From IMG/VR virus record IMGVR_UViG_3300044695_008209, positions 64,001 through 128,000 of that record: DNA of 64,000 bases. One strand, 5' to 3'. This DNA is from a virus. The notes beneath the pieces are model-generated. The model did not search any database and was not told the origin of the DNA. It saw nothing but the letters and a program-made list of their open reading frames with translations. A program made the translations under genes and the position numbers. This document shows, piece after piece, positions 54,631-64,000 of the stretch; within the stretch, counting starts at the first letter, position 1, and each line of letters begins with the position of its first letter.

Positions 54631-55028
54631 ACGCCTTCGAGAAAACCGCAGCCTTCTACGACACCGCCCTCTCTGCGCCGACGACCGACAAGGTCGCCAG
54701 CGTCTACGAGATCTACAAGCAGGCCGGCTTCGACAAGGACGCGGGACTCGCCTCCGGCATCGGAGAGGCCGTCGCCGCCGGCGGGAAGTGGGTCGGGCAC
54801 CAGGTCGGGCGCGTGGGTGGCGCGATGCAGCGGACAGCCTTCCAGGCGTCGAAGGGCGTCCCCACGCAGGGGCAGGCCATGCTCCACGCCGCCGGACAGG
54901 GCGTGCGCAACCTGGGCAAGGGGATCGCGGCGAACCCGGGCACCGCAGCCGGCGTCGCCGGCGTTGGCCTCGCCGGTATGGGGGCCGCGGGAGTGGCCGG
55001 TCGGATGTCCGCCCCTCGCCAGCAGTAG
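54627..55028 (+). CDS. Small Gly/Ala-rich protein with four K-x-A motifs (133 aa)
   Basis: ATGA overlap with the RNAP stop; FEKTA, TDKVA, IYKQA, FDKDA then a glycine-zipper-like tail. Confidence 0.75.
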   Translation: MNAFEKTAAFYDTALSAPTTDKVASVYEIYKQAGFDKDAGLASGIGEAVAAGGKWVGHQVGRVGGAMQRTAFQASKGVPTQGQAMLHAAGQGVRNLGKGIAANPGTAAGVAGVGLAGMGAAGVAGRMSAPRQQ

Positions 55029-55049
55029 GTTCCGCCCACGAGGAAGATC

Positions 55050-56222
55050 ATGACGACCAAGAAGCAGGGGACGCATGACCTCCCGAACAAGGGCAAGTCC
55101 ACGGGCGGGGGCGCGGGGACGCCTGCGCTCATCCAGGCGGGGCGGATCCTCGACGTCGACCCACTGAGGTGGACGTGCGTCATCAAGACCGACGGCGGAG
55201 GCGACGTCTCGAGGACTTTCCGCGACGTTCCACTCGGCGGCATGTACCTGCACCCCCTCGGAGATGGCATCTTCGTGATGCCCGAGCCTGGTGCGCTGGT
55301 GTGGGTCTGCAAGCCGAGCGAGGGGGACGCGTCCGCGTTCATCGTCGCCTACCGGCCCTACCCGCGCAGGGACAACGTCACCTCGACCGAGGCCAACAAG
55401 CCGACGACCACCAGCAATCGTCCGCGCCTCAGTCCCGGCGACTTGGCGTTTCTCGGACGAGACCAGAACGGGCTCTTCGTGCGTCGAGGGCAGCTGACGG
55501 AGATCTTCGGAGGCCCGCTCGCACGGACGCTCTACCAGGGACGCACCGGCACGATCCACTCCTTCGCCCAGACGGTGAAGCTCGACGTGTTCGGCGGCTC
55601 AGTCCGCTGGGACGTGGACCGCCCCGAGCTCGACCCGGACGGCCACCAGGGAACGCGCGTGGACCTGAAGGCGAAGGAGTACGCGGACGACCGCGCCTAC
55701 GTCTCCAGGATCCAGATCGGCAAGTTCGACGCCAACACCACCATCTCGGAGCCCGTCCTCCGCGTGCAGGTCTTCTCGAGTGGAGATGCGGAAGAGGCGT
55801 CGCTCGTCCAAGCAGCATCCCTCGCGGCGAACAAGGACGGCGAGGTCGAGCTCTCTACGACTGGGAACGTGACGGTCGACGTGGTGGTGGGCGGCGCGCC
55901 GGTCGCGTCCGTGCACGTCTCGAAGGACGGCACGATCGCGATCACGGGGACCGCGGCCGTCGCGGTTCAGGGGACTTCGGTGACCCTCATCGCAGGTAGC
56001 ATGCAGATGGCTGTGGCCGGTGCCGGTGCCTCCGTCGGTGCCGAGGCCGGGGTCAAGACCAAGGTGTTGAAGGACCTGGCCTTCAGCACTGACGCCGCGG
56101 CTGCCTGGACCGAGGTCATGGCACTCTGTACCGCACTCGGACTGCCGAGCACGAACATCGCGAAGCATCTCGCCTCCCTGAGCGCAGCGGCCTACACCTC
56201 GACGGCGCTGGAGACTGAGTAG
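55050..56222 (+). CDS. Baseplate central spike protein (gp5/gpV/Gp138-like OB fold)
   Basis: GRILDVDPLRWTCVI...GIFVMPEPGALVWV...; beta-strand repeats at the C-terminus. Confidence 0.75.
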   Translation: MTTKKQGTHDLPNKGKSTGGGAGTPALIQAGRILDVDPLRWTCVIKTDGGGDVSRTFRDVPLGGMYLHPLGDGIFVMPEPGALVWVCKPSEGDASAFIVAYRPYPRRDNVTSTEANKPTTTSNRPRLSPGDLAFLGRDQNGLFVRRGQLTEIFGGPLARTLYQGRTGTIHSFAQTVKLDVFGGSVRWDVDRPELDPDGHQGTRVDLKAKEYADDRAYVSRIQIGKFDANTTISEPVLRVQVFSSGDAEEASLVQAASLAANKDGEVELSTTGNVTVDVVVGGAPVASVHVSKDGTIAITGTAAVAVQGTSVTLIAGSMQMAVAGAGASVGAEAGVKTKVLKDLAFSTDAAAAWTEVMALCTALGLPSTNIAKHLASLSAAAYTSTALETE

Positions 56223-56750
56223 ATGCCCGGGCCGCACCTTCCATCCATCCGGCAGCGCGTACATCGACGCCTCAACCCGGGTCGACTGGCGCAGGACGGC
56301 TTGCCGGAACTCCTCGCTCAGGTGCTCTACGACGAGCTCCTCGAAAACCCGGGACCGCAGGGCGCCCCAGGTACCCCCGGTGCTCCAGGAGTAGCCGGTG
56401 ACCCTGGACCACAGGGGGATCCTGGGCCTCAAGGGGACCCCGGGCCGCAAGGAGATCCTGGTACCCCCGGAGGGACTGACCCCGCGCTCGAGATGGAGCT
56501 GGCCTTCAAGGTGGCCAACGCGAGCAACTTCAAGAAGCCGACCTACAACCTTCAGGGGCAGCTGACGGTGGTGGACATCTGGGAGACTCCGGCGATGCTG
56601 GTGAAGCTGTTCAGCAAGGCGCTGGCGTACACGGACGGGAAGCTGACCACGTCGACGCTGACACGCATCTCGGACGGCGCTACGCTTGTCCGGACGCTCA
56701 CGTACGCTGCTGAGAAGTGGGACGGTACGACCTCGGTATACACCCCATGA
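56223..56750 (+). CDS. Collagen-like repeat protein
   Basis: 13 consecutive G-X-Y triplets. Confidence 0.8.
   Translation: MPGPHLPSIRQRVHRRLNPGRLAQDGLPELLAQVLYDELLENPGPQGAPGTPGAPGVAGDPGPQGDPGPQGDPGPQGDPGTPGGTDPALEMELAFKVANASNFKKPTYNLQGQLTVVDIWETPAMLVKLFSKALAYTDGKLTTSTLTRISDGATLVRTLTYAAEKWDGTTSVYTP
56352..56468 (+). repeat. Collagen (G-X-Y)13 coding repeat
   Basis: [39 protein letters not shown]. Confidence 0.95.
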
Positions 56751-56773
56751 CCTCGACGGGCTAAGGAGGGTCC

Positions 56774-59700
56774 GTGGCAACCTTCAACCTCGCCTCGGGC
56801 GGCACCACCTACTGGCACGACACGGCGTACACCACCCGCGCCGGCGGGGACACGTACAACCTGTCGCTGGGCTCGATCCTCATCGTGGACGGGGACTGCC
56901 GCTTCGGACCGAACACCACGACGGCGACCGGCCCCCCAGGCGTCATCGACATCGCGGCGAACACGGGCGGCGAGTTCCGCATCGACGGAAGCGGCGTCCG
57001 CCTGATCCCGTACAAGACCGGCTCGGGCAACGTCCCGGCGCTGGACACGGCCATCACCATCGGCGGGGTGAGCGGGAAGCTGCTGGGGGTCTGGGCGACC
57101 ATCGACGTGGCCCCGACGGCGGTTGGCGCGGGGATGCCCCCAACCGGCTTCATCAAGGTGCGCCAGGTCACCGGAGGCACCTACAAGGGCGGCACGCTGG
57201 GCGGCATCGGGGCCGTCGCGCTGGGCGACACGGGCGCGGCCCTGACGATCACCGTGGCGGCCGGCGCCAAGACCTTCACGCGCGGCGCGGGCGACTTCAT
57301 CGCGGACGGCATCAAGCTCGGCGACACGGTGGTCACCAGCGGCTTCACGAACGGGGGCAACAACGGCACCTTCGTCGTGACGACGATCACGACCACGGTG
57401 CTGACCTTCTCGGCGGCGACCGGGCTCGTGGACGAGACGGGCAACGGCAACGAACAGGTCATCTCCCAGACCGTGGACATCGTTGGCTGGATCGACTTCT
57501 CGGCGGACGACAACGGGACGATCACGGTTCGCCGCCTCGGCACGTTCAAGACGCGCGGGGCCTGGTTCGAGCTGGGGAAGACCAGCGGGAACCGCAACCA
57601 GACGATGGCGCTGCCCTGCTCCGGGCAGACCGCGTTCTGGATCAGCGGGGTGTGGATCGAAACGGCGGTCGCAAGCGGGCTGTTCGAGTATTGGCCATGC
57701 CTGACGACGAACGCGAACGGCGGCTGGACTACCGCGAACCAGGGCACGGACGGACGCTCACGAGCGGTCATGTGCGACGCGGCGAACAAGGTGATCCGCA
57801 TCGGCGCCGACGCAGCGGCGACGAGCATCGGAGAGCTGCCGGGAGCGGGCCGACGGGTGGTGGTCCCCAACGTGTTCCTGATGACGAACACGACGGCGGC
57901 CCGCACCGTGGCGGTCATCCCCAACGCGACCCCGGCCACCCGCTTCGAGTTCTTCACGTCCGGCGGCGCCGTGATCGACATGGAGTACACCGAGTGCAAC
58001 TGGTGCGCGAACACGGCCGCCACCAGCTTGAACCAATGCTACTCGATCACGATGACGAACGTGACGTGGGGGGACGTGCTGTTCCTCGGCGAGTGCGCCA
58101 CGCCGATCATCTGGAACAGCGGAGGCGTCAGCCCGATCAACCCGCAAGAGACGGCGGCGTTGATCGTCTCGTCGCAGTTCAACGGTGGCACGTTCACGGA
58201 CTGCAAGTTCTGGCGTGGCGGCGCCATCGGAGCTGGCGAGTACAGCGTTTCGCTTGTCACCTGCACCGACCTGAACTTCGTGCGCTGCCGCTTTGGCCAG
58301 GCGACGCTGAACACGAACGCGACCGGCTACTCGCTGAACGTGAACTCCTGCGTGCGGACGACGTTCACGACGTGCTGGATCACGGGCGGCGCCCTGATCA
58401 CGACCTGCTCGTTCACGACGTTCACGACCACGACGTACATCCAGCGGCACTCCGGCACGTCTGGGGCGACCCCGACGATGCACGTCTGGACGGTCGCGGG
58501 GCGCTCCAGCGACACCTTCCTTGACGGCCTGGACTGGGGCGGGTTCACGAACGTCCACGCCTACGGCGGCCTCCTGTCCGTAGCGGCGAGCGACCGCACC
58601 GAGCTGCGAAACGTGGGGACGGCCGCCGCCCCGCTGACCCTGGGCTCGGCGAACCAGACTCGGTTCCTGCTCACCACCGGCAGCGGCTGCGACGGCGTGA
58701 CCCTCAAGCGGGTCTACACGGACAACGCCAACGGGCTCTACTCCACGACGAACGGCGACAAGAACATCCTCCTCCAGAACGTGTGGGCGGACGCCGCGGA
58801 CAACTTCGGAGCCCAATGGTTGAGCTGCATCCAGAAGGGGTGCCGCGGCTTCGGCACAGTCGTCACGTCGTTCACGGCGTCCTACGACAACATCTTCTGG
58901 GACACGTTCAACGCGACCACGACAGGCAAGATCGGCATCCACTTCAACGAGGCGGTCGGTCCTGACGCCCCCTACGTCGCGCTCACGGGCACGGCGAAGT
59001 TCACGGCATCGGGCTTGATCTACATGCCGAACTCGGGCGACACGGCCACGTTCACGTTCCCCTACTACGTCATCGGGTACAACGGCTTCACCATCCTCGA
59101 GGAGACGCTGGCGAGCGCGAGCGGCACCATCAAGGACCGGATGCGCGTCCAGTACCAGATCGACAAGAACGACGGGGCCGGCTTCGGGAGCTACCACAAC
59201 CTGCACTACAACCGGACGGGTGGCGGCGGGACCGTCGGCCAGTTCACGATCACGATGACGAACACCGTGGGCGTCGAGGTCGGGGACTACGTGTTCGGGA
59301 CGAACGTGGGTGCGTCGGCCCGCGTGACCAGCGTGGACAACGGGACGACGGTGACGGTCAACGTCGCGAACGGCGGGGCAGTCTCGGGCACCCTGCGCTT
59401 CAACCAGCTCCCCTTCGAGGCGAGCGTCAGCCAGGCCAACGGGTTCAAGCTGAATCTCAAGATCACCTGCGAGACGACGGACACCACGAACAACACGATC
59501 CACACGCTCCACGTCCAGGGCATCACGACGAACGACGCGAACGGCATCCAGCGTCAGTACCCGCTGGACGTGGTGACGGTCACGCTGTCGAACCTCGTGG
59601 TTGGGAGCCGGTACAGCATCCTCCGGGCCGACGGCGTGACGCTGCTGGCGACGGGTACGGCCGCGAGCTCGACGGAGAAGCCGACGGTGACCTACCCAGG

Positions 59701-59839
59701 CGCCCCGGAGAACATCATCATCCGCGTCCGCAAGGGGTCGGCGGCGACCAAGTACTTCCCGTTCGAGACGCAGGCGCCCATCACCCGCTCCGGGGCCTCG
59801 GCGTTCATCTCCCAGACCCCCGACACCCTCGCAGCGTAG
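56774..59839 (+). CDS. Virion fibre/spike-like protein with probable parallel beta-helix (1021 aa)
   Basis: AAGGAGG RBS and GTG start; T/G/N-rich; right-handed-helix-like rungs (FTDCKF, FVRCRF, FTTCWI). Confidence 0.6.
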   Translation: MATFNLASGGTTYWHDTAYTTRAGGDTYNLSLGSILIVDGDCRFGPNTTTATGPPGVIDIAANTGGEFRIDGSGVRLIPYKTGSGNVPALDTAITIGGVSGKLLGVWATIDVAPTAVGAGMPPTGFIKVRQVTGGTYKGGTLGGIGAVALGDTGAALTITVAAGAKTFTRGAGDFIADGIKLGDTVVTSGFTNGGNNGTFVVTTITTTVLTFSAATGLVDETGNGNEQVISQTVDIVGWIDFSADDNGTITVRRLGTFKTRGAWFELGKTSGNRNQTMALPCSGQTAFWISGVWIETAVASGLFEYWPCLTTNANGGWTTANQGTDGRSRAVMCDAANKVIRIGADAAATSIGELPGAGRRVVVPNVFLMTNTTAARTVAVIPNATPATRFEFFTSGGAVIDMEYTECNWCANTAATSLNQCYSITMTNVTWGDVLFLGECATPIIWNSGGVSPINPQETAALIVSSQFNGGTFTDCKFWRGGAIGAGEYSVSLVTCTDLNFVRCRFGQATLNTNATGYSLNVNSCVRTTFTTCWITGGALITTCSFTTFTTTTYIQRHSGTSGATPTMHVWTVAGRSSDTFLDGLDWGGFTNVHAYGGLLSVAASDRTELRNVGTAAAPLTLGSANQTRFLLTTGSGCDGVTLKRVYTDNANGLYSTTNGDKNILLQNVWADAADNFGAQWLSCIQKGCRGFGTVVTSFTASYDNIFWDTFNATTTGKIGIHFNEAVGPDAPYVALTGTAKFTASGLIYMPNSGDTATFTFPYYVIGYNGFTILEETLASASGTIKDRMRVQYQIDKNDGAGFGSYHNLHYNRTGGGGTVGQFTITMTNTVGVEVGDYVFGTNVGASARVTSVDNGTTVTVNVANGGAVSGTLRFNQLPFEASVSQANGFKLNLKITCETTDTTNNTIHTLHVQGITTNDANGIQRQYPLDVVTVTLSNLVVGSRYSILRADGVTLLATGTAASSTEKPTVTYPGAPENIIIRVRKGSAATKYFPFETQAPITRSGASAFISQTPDTLAA

Positions 59840-59847
59840 GAGCACCG

Positions 59848-60042
59848 ATGGACAAGCTCGCGATCCCCTTCGTCATCGTCTCCACCCCAGACGATGCGAA
59901 CGAGCCCAACGTCGGAAGCGCGACATGCGGCTGCTGCGGCTGCGTGTTCCGCTACGACCTCGCGGCGCGCATCGGCGTCGAGCTCGTGGTCAACACCGAG
60001 AACCTCTACGCGCTCGCCTGCCCTGATGACTGCGCGGTATAG
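59848..60042 (+). CDS. Small Cys-rich protein (64 aa)
   Basis: AGGAG RBS; CGCCGC...CPDDC. Confidence 0.65.
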   Translation: MDKLAIPFVIVSTPDDANEPNVGSATCGCCGCVFRYDLAARIGVELVVNTENLYALACPDDCAV

Positions 60043-60067
60043 TCCCACATCCTGACCGGAGCCTCCC

Positions 60068-62629
60068 ATGGGCATCGAAACCGACTTCCTCATCGACTAC
60101 ACGAACAAGCGCGTCTACCACAACGCGGGCTCGACGGTCTACACCGTGAACGCCCTGTACACGCTGCTCATGGACACCTTCGATGAGATCGTCCAGATGG
60201 ACGACACCGTGCCGATGTCGGCCCAGACGCCTACCGAGTACACGATGATCAACGGCTGGTTCATCGACGACGTGTCGGTGCAGTACCTGTCCGGTGGTGC
60301 CATCAAGACCTCCGGCTACCTCAACGCCATCCAGGTCGTGACGCTGGTGGCCGGCGGCTACGTCGGCGCCATCGGCTCGGACATCGGGAAGCTCGTCACC
60401 GACGACGGCGGGAACACCGGCAACCTCATCGCCTACGACAACGTCCTTCGGAAGTGGTGGATTCGCTGGGGCACGACCGTGGCCGCGAGCAGCACCATGG
60501 CGATCACGGGCGGCACCGGCGCAGGCGTCACCATCGCCTCGGGATCGACCACCGGCGAGGACCTGTACGCGAACGCCTACACCCTTGGCACCATCGAGAG
60601 CTCCCCGGCGCCCCAGGTCTACGTCTACCAGAACAAGATTCGCGTCGCGGAGTGGTCCGCGCTCTCGAACTGGGACCCCGGCCAGATCGACGTGCTCCTC
60701 AAGGTGAAGGAGGCCGGCACCCTCATCGACGGCGGCCTGGCCACCGTGCTGGCCCGGCAGTCGGGCGACCTGTTCTCGCACTTCTCCATCGACCTCTCGG
60801 CCGGCGGTCGAAACGCCATCCCGCTGGGCACCTCGGACGACCTCAACGAGGACACCGGGGAGCACTACCTGCTCTACGACGGGCAGACCTCGGCGTTCGT
60901 CAACGGCGAGCGCCTCAACGGGCAGACCTCGGGCGCCACCGCGGAGCTCGTGCTCGACACCGACAACGGCACCACGGGCATCCTCAAGCTGCGGAACGTG
61001 CGCGGAGTGTTCGCGAACGACGAGAACATCCGCTCTGGGGTGACCGTGCGTGCGGTGGCCAACGGGGTCGTCGGCGACACGCTACTCACCTACGACGCCC
61101 AGAGCGCCAACTTCTCGTCCATGGCCCAGGTCCTCACCGGCTCCCTCTCGGGGGCGAAGCGCCTCCTTCGCGGGCAGCAGGACAACGGCGCAGCCGGCAT
61201 CCTCGTCTGCTCCGTGAACGGCGCCGTGTTCGGCGTGAACCGGACCCCCTACTACAAGGCGTTCGTGGACAACGACGTGGTGAGCGGCGCCTCCGAAGGC
61301 TCCTGCACGCTCGACGCCGCGAGCACCACGCTCGTCGCCGGCTGGGACGACATCACGGTGGCCTTCGTCAACGGCACCGTCACCCACGGCGGCACCACAG
61401 GAACCTTCGCCTCTGGCGAGCGGGTGACCTGGAGCGCGGGCGCACAGAGCGGCATCGTCCTCAAGGACGCGAGCGGCACCCTCACCCTCGGGAACTGCAC
61501 GAACACCGCGCTCAACGGCGTCACGGTCACCGGCGACAAGAGCGGGGCCACCTGCTCCCCCAACCAGAACCTCCAGTCCGCCCACACCATGACCAAGGCG
61601 TTCGAGCAGCAGAGCGCGAACCCCTACGACGTCATCGTGGAGTGCGGCGCGCTCTACAACGCCGGCCGCACGCTCGCCCAGGTCTACGAGTACCTCAAGT
61701 ACCTGACCCACGACGGCCAGCTCTGGGACTTCTACACGGTCGTCGCTGGCGTCATCACCAAGGTCAAGGGCGAGAACTACATCCAGGCGTACACGGGCTA
61801 CTCGCCGGTCGTCACCGCTCCGTTCGGCACCTTCGCGGGCGGCAAGCTGTTCGGCGCCCAAGGCGTCTGGGTCGAGGGCATGGCGCTCTCGCAGAGCTAC
61901 CAGGTCATCGACTCCAACGGCGTCGGGCAGGCCCCCTACGCGAGCGTCAACATCGTGGTCAGCTCGGTCGTCTCGGGTGACCGCGTGTCGGTGTTCCGCG
62001 CCAACGCCGGCGTCGTGGACGAGGCTGTGTTCACGAGCCACGCAGCCGACAACGACATCGGGGACGCGGACTTCATCATCAACGCGGCCATCCCCATCGA
62101 CACGCCGCCCGCCGGCGCCCTCCGGGTGGTCCACGGGACGACGAAGCAGCGGTATCGCTACTCGAGCTGGGCGACCTCGACCTTCACCCTGACCGCGGTG
62201 CCTGGCGGGACGGCGGACGCGGGCTCGACCGGGGCGACGTTGGAGGACGCGGCCAGCGACTTCGTGACCAACGTGCAGGTCGGCGACATGATCACGAACA
62301 CCCAGACGGGCGAGTCTGGGATCGTCACCGCCATCGCCGATGCCACCCACCTGACCGCCGCTCTCCCCAGCAACTGGACTGTCGGGGACACCTTCGTCAT
62401 CAACAAGCTGACGGCGAACTACGACGGCACGACCAAGGCATACGCCCCGTTCGTCGATGAGCAGGCCGCTGGCACCTCGGTGTCCAAGACCGTGCTCTAC
62501 GCCTCCAACCGGGATGTGCTGGTGCGCGTCCGCAAGAAGGGCATCCTCCCCTTCGAGAGCCCCGGCACCGTCACCTCCACCGGCCTGTCGGTGGCGGCCA
62601 ACCGCACCACCGACGGCATCGTCACGTAG
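60068..62629 (+). CDS. Putative virion structural protein (853 aa)
   Basis: GGAG RBS; repeated F-x-x-GE-x-h-x-G-x-TSGATA modules; G/T/S/A-rich. Confidence 0.65.
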   Translation: MGIETDFLIDYTNKRVYHNAGSTVYTVNALYTLLMDTFDEIVQMDDTVPMSAQTPTEYTMINGWFIDDVSVQYLSGGAIKTSGYLNAIQVVTLVAGGYVGAIGSDIGKLVTDDGGNTGNLIAYDNVLRKWWIRWGTTVAASSTMAITGGTGAGVTIASGSTTGEDLYANAYTLGTIESSPAPQVYVYQNKIRVAEWSALSNWDPGQIDVLLKVKEAGTLIDGGLATVLARQSGDLFSHFSIDLSAGGRNAIPLGTSDDLNEDTGEHYLLYDGQTSAFVNGERLNGQTSGATAELVLDTDNGTTGILKLRNVRGVFANDENIRSGVTVRAVANGVVGDTLLTYDAQSANFSSMAQVLTGSLSGAKRLLRGQQDNGAAGILVCSVNGAVFGVNRTPYYKAFVDNDVVSGASEGSCTLDAASTTLVAGWDDITVAFVNGTVTHGGTTGTFASGERVTWSAGAQSGIVLKDASGTLTLGNCTNTALNGVTVTGDKSGATCSPNQNLQSAHTMTKAFEQQSANPYDVIVECGALYNAGRTLAQVYEYLKYLTHDGQLWDFYTVVAGVITKVKGENYIQAYTGYSPVVTAPFGTFAGGKLFGAQGVWVEGMALSQSYQVIDSNGVGQAPYASVNIVVSSVVSGDRVSVFRANAGVVDEAVFTSHAADNDIGDADFIINAAIPIDTPPAGALRVVHGTTKQRYRYSSWATSTFTLTAVPGGTADAGSTGATLEDAASDFVTNVQVGDMITNTQTGESGIVTAIADATHLTAALPSNWTVGDTFVINKLTANYDGTTKAYAPFVDEQAAGTSVSKTVLYASNRDVLVRVRKKGILPFESPGTVTSTGLSVAANRTTDGIVT

Positions 62630-62638
62630 GATCGGTGC

Positions 62639-63163
62639 ATGTCTGCGATCATCACCTTCGACAAGGCGAATCGGATCATCGAGGTGGACACCGCTGTCCA
62701 CCCGATTGTCTGCACCGTGCAGGAGCTGATCAACGCGATCCGCGACTACGAGGACGAGATCGTCAACATGGAGATCCCCAAGATCGCGAACGCGACGGGG
62801 AAGGACAACCTCGGCGGCGGGACCTACACCGGCATCACCCTGACCCTGCTGAACTGGACGATCAAGTTCGCGGACCACCCGGGGCCCGACTACGTCCTGT
62901 CCAAGGTCTCAGACGGGAACCTACTGGCAGTCGACGGGAATGGGGACTCGATGCTCCCGTTCACCCCGTCGACCTTCACGTCGATCCTGTACTCGACCGC
63001 CGTGTCCGTCGCCCTCTACGACGCCGGCGCATCCTCGAACCCGTGGTCGCTGCCCAAGGTCGACAACCAGGTTCCGGGGACGATGGGCGGCCGCGTGAAG
63101 GACCTCGAGGACGAGCTCGCCAAGGTCAAGTCCGACACAGCCCTGGTTCCTGCCCTCATCTGA
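62639..63163 (+). CDS. Putative virion protein (174 aa)
   Basis: N-terminus ITFDKANRIIEV...TVQELINAIRD echoes the N-terminus of 60068 (IDYTNKRVY...TVNALYTLLMD). Confidence 0.6.
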   Translation: MSAIITFDKANRIIEVDTAVHPIVCTVQELINAIRDYEDEIVNMEIPKIANATGKDNLGGGTYTGITLTLLNWTIKFADHPGPDYVLSKVSDGNLLAVDGNGDSMLPFTPSTFTSILYSTAVSVALYDAGASSNPWSLPKVDNQVPGTMGGRVKDLEDELAKVKSDTALVPALI

Positions 63164-63229
63164 CCTGCGGGAGGCGGCGGGCTTTCCGCCCTCATCGACG
63201 ACAGCTTACCGTAGACCCCCCGCAGGAGT

Positions 63230-63235
63230 TATCCT
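63230..63235 (+). promoter_or_regulatory. Possible -10 hexamer TATCCT
   Basis: TAnnnT 19 nt before ATG 63255 in a ~90-nt gap. Confidence 0.3.
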
Positions 63236-63254
63236 TGCGCCTGGAGTGTTCTCC

Positions 63255-64000
63255 ATGACCAGCTACCACGCTACCCACGAGCCGCTCTTCCTGCGGGAGC
63301 GTGTCCCCTCGGACCTCTTCACCGAGAAGGTCGCCGCTGCGCTTTCTCGCGTGCCGGATGACGAGAAGAAGTGGCCGGCGCACGTGTTCTCGGAGCTCTG
63401 CAAGGAGTTCCCGTACATGACGCAGTACGACATCGAGATCGTCATCGACCGGATGGACCCCGAGGCCGGAGCCGCGCTCGGCTACGCGCAGGTCCAGAAC
63501 AAGACGCAGAGCCGCCCCCAGGAAGCGGCCATGGCCGCCGGAAACGTGATCCGCGTCCCCATCATCATCAAGGACCGCCGCCTCCAGAAGTTCTACATCT
63601 TCGAGGCTGGTGGCCAGACCTATCCCATGGGCGAGAGCCGCATCCAGCAGGCGATGCTGAACCCTCTCGTCTTCGACACGGACGCCGCCCGCGTCCCGCA
63701 GTCGCCCGGACTCCTCGACCAGATCTACCCACCCGGGCAGCAGCGGACGGGTTTCGGCCGCGTGAGCGACCCGGTGTCGATGGGCCTCACGAAGCTCAAC
63801 TCGGTCGGTCTCCGCGGGTTCCTCAAGCTGGCGCGGACCCCCGAGCTGGCGGACGCGTACGCGGGTCACTGGCAGGAGAGCGCGGTCTCCCGCCCGGGCA
63901 TCAAGATGCCTCCCGCCCCGATGGCCCATGACACGCACGTTCCGACCCAGGCCAGCTCGTCCGTGGCTGGGCCTCGCGCAGCGCAGGTGCAGGCGGCCCC
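63255..64000 (+). CDS. Hypothetical protein, 3'-truncated; absent from the ORF track
   Basis: GGAG RBS; open to the window end: MTSYHATHEPLFLRERVPSDLFTEKVAAALSRVPDDEKKWP... Confidence 0.8.
   Translation, partial: MTSYHATHEPLFLRERVPSDLFTEKVAAALSRVPDDEKKWPAHVFSELCKEFPYMTQYDIEIVIDRMDPEAGAALGYAQVQNKTQSRPQEAAMAAGNVIRVPIIIKDRRLQKFYIFEAGGQTYPMGESRIQQAMLNPLVFDTDAARVPQSPGLLDQIYPPGQQRTGFGRVSDPVSMGLTKLNSVGLRGFLKLARTPELADAYAGHWQESAVSRPGIKMPPAPMAHDTHVPTQASSSVAGPRAAQVQAA

Noticed and set aside
60038-60043. TATAGT as a -10 element before ORF 60068
   Set aside because: Overlaps the stop codon of ORF 59848, which explains much of the AT content; no -35.
63170-63195. Terminator GGCGG...CCGCC after ORF 62639
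   Set aside because: Short imperfect stem and no U-tract.
1-64000. Alternative genetic code
   Set aside because: TAA, TAG and TGA all end tightly coupled genes and conserved proteins are full length.

Overview
The whole window looks viral. It is a high-GC segment of a large tailed phage with a contractile-tail-type baseplate, and no host housekeeping genes, integrase, tRNA or CRISPR array are visible. Layout: (1) 1-25260 (+): 3' part of a sigma-70-family factor, then a virion module (gp25-like wedge, 2216-aa baseplate J-like protein, 1614-aa wedge/tail protein, tail-collar-like protein, 1865-aa fibre). (2) 25261-43006 (-): a tightly coupled replication/recombination block (RG-repeat protein, RusA-like, UvsY-like, Cas4-like, PD-(D/E)XK resolvase, RecA, HU-like, MazG-like, DUF3310-like, family A DNA polymerase, Zn-containing SSB-like protein, DnaG-like primase, DnaB-like helicase, UDG-like protein, SF2 helicase). 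(3) 43087-64000 (mostly +): putative head proteins, a portal-like protein, a single 2103-aa fused beta/beta' RNA polymerase, a baseplate spike, a collagen-like protein and further virion proteins. The polymerase fits the described lineage of Caudovirales encoding a multi-subunit RNAP. The most interesting signals are: a self-contained transcription system (shortened fused RNAP lacking the beta' zinc-binding domain, a phage sigma, a CATAAG motif before leftward units, and a 63-aa sigma-region-4.2 look-alike); a dense K-x-A motif in putative head proteins, possibly a maturation cleavage code; a UDG-like protein with Cys at the catalytic His position; and a short beta-module repeated through many virion proteins. 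All calls come from manual motif reading; no searches were run.
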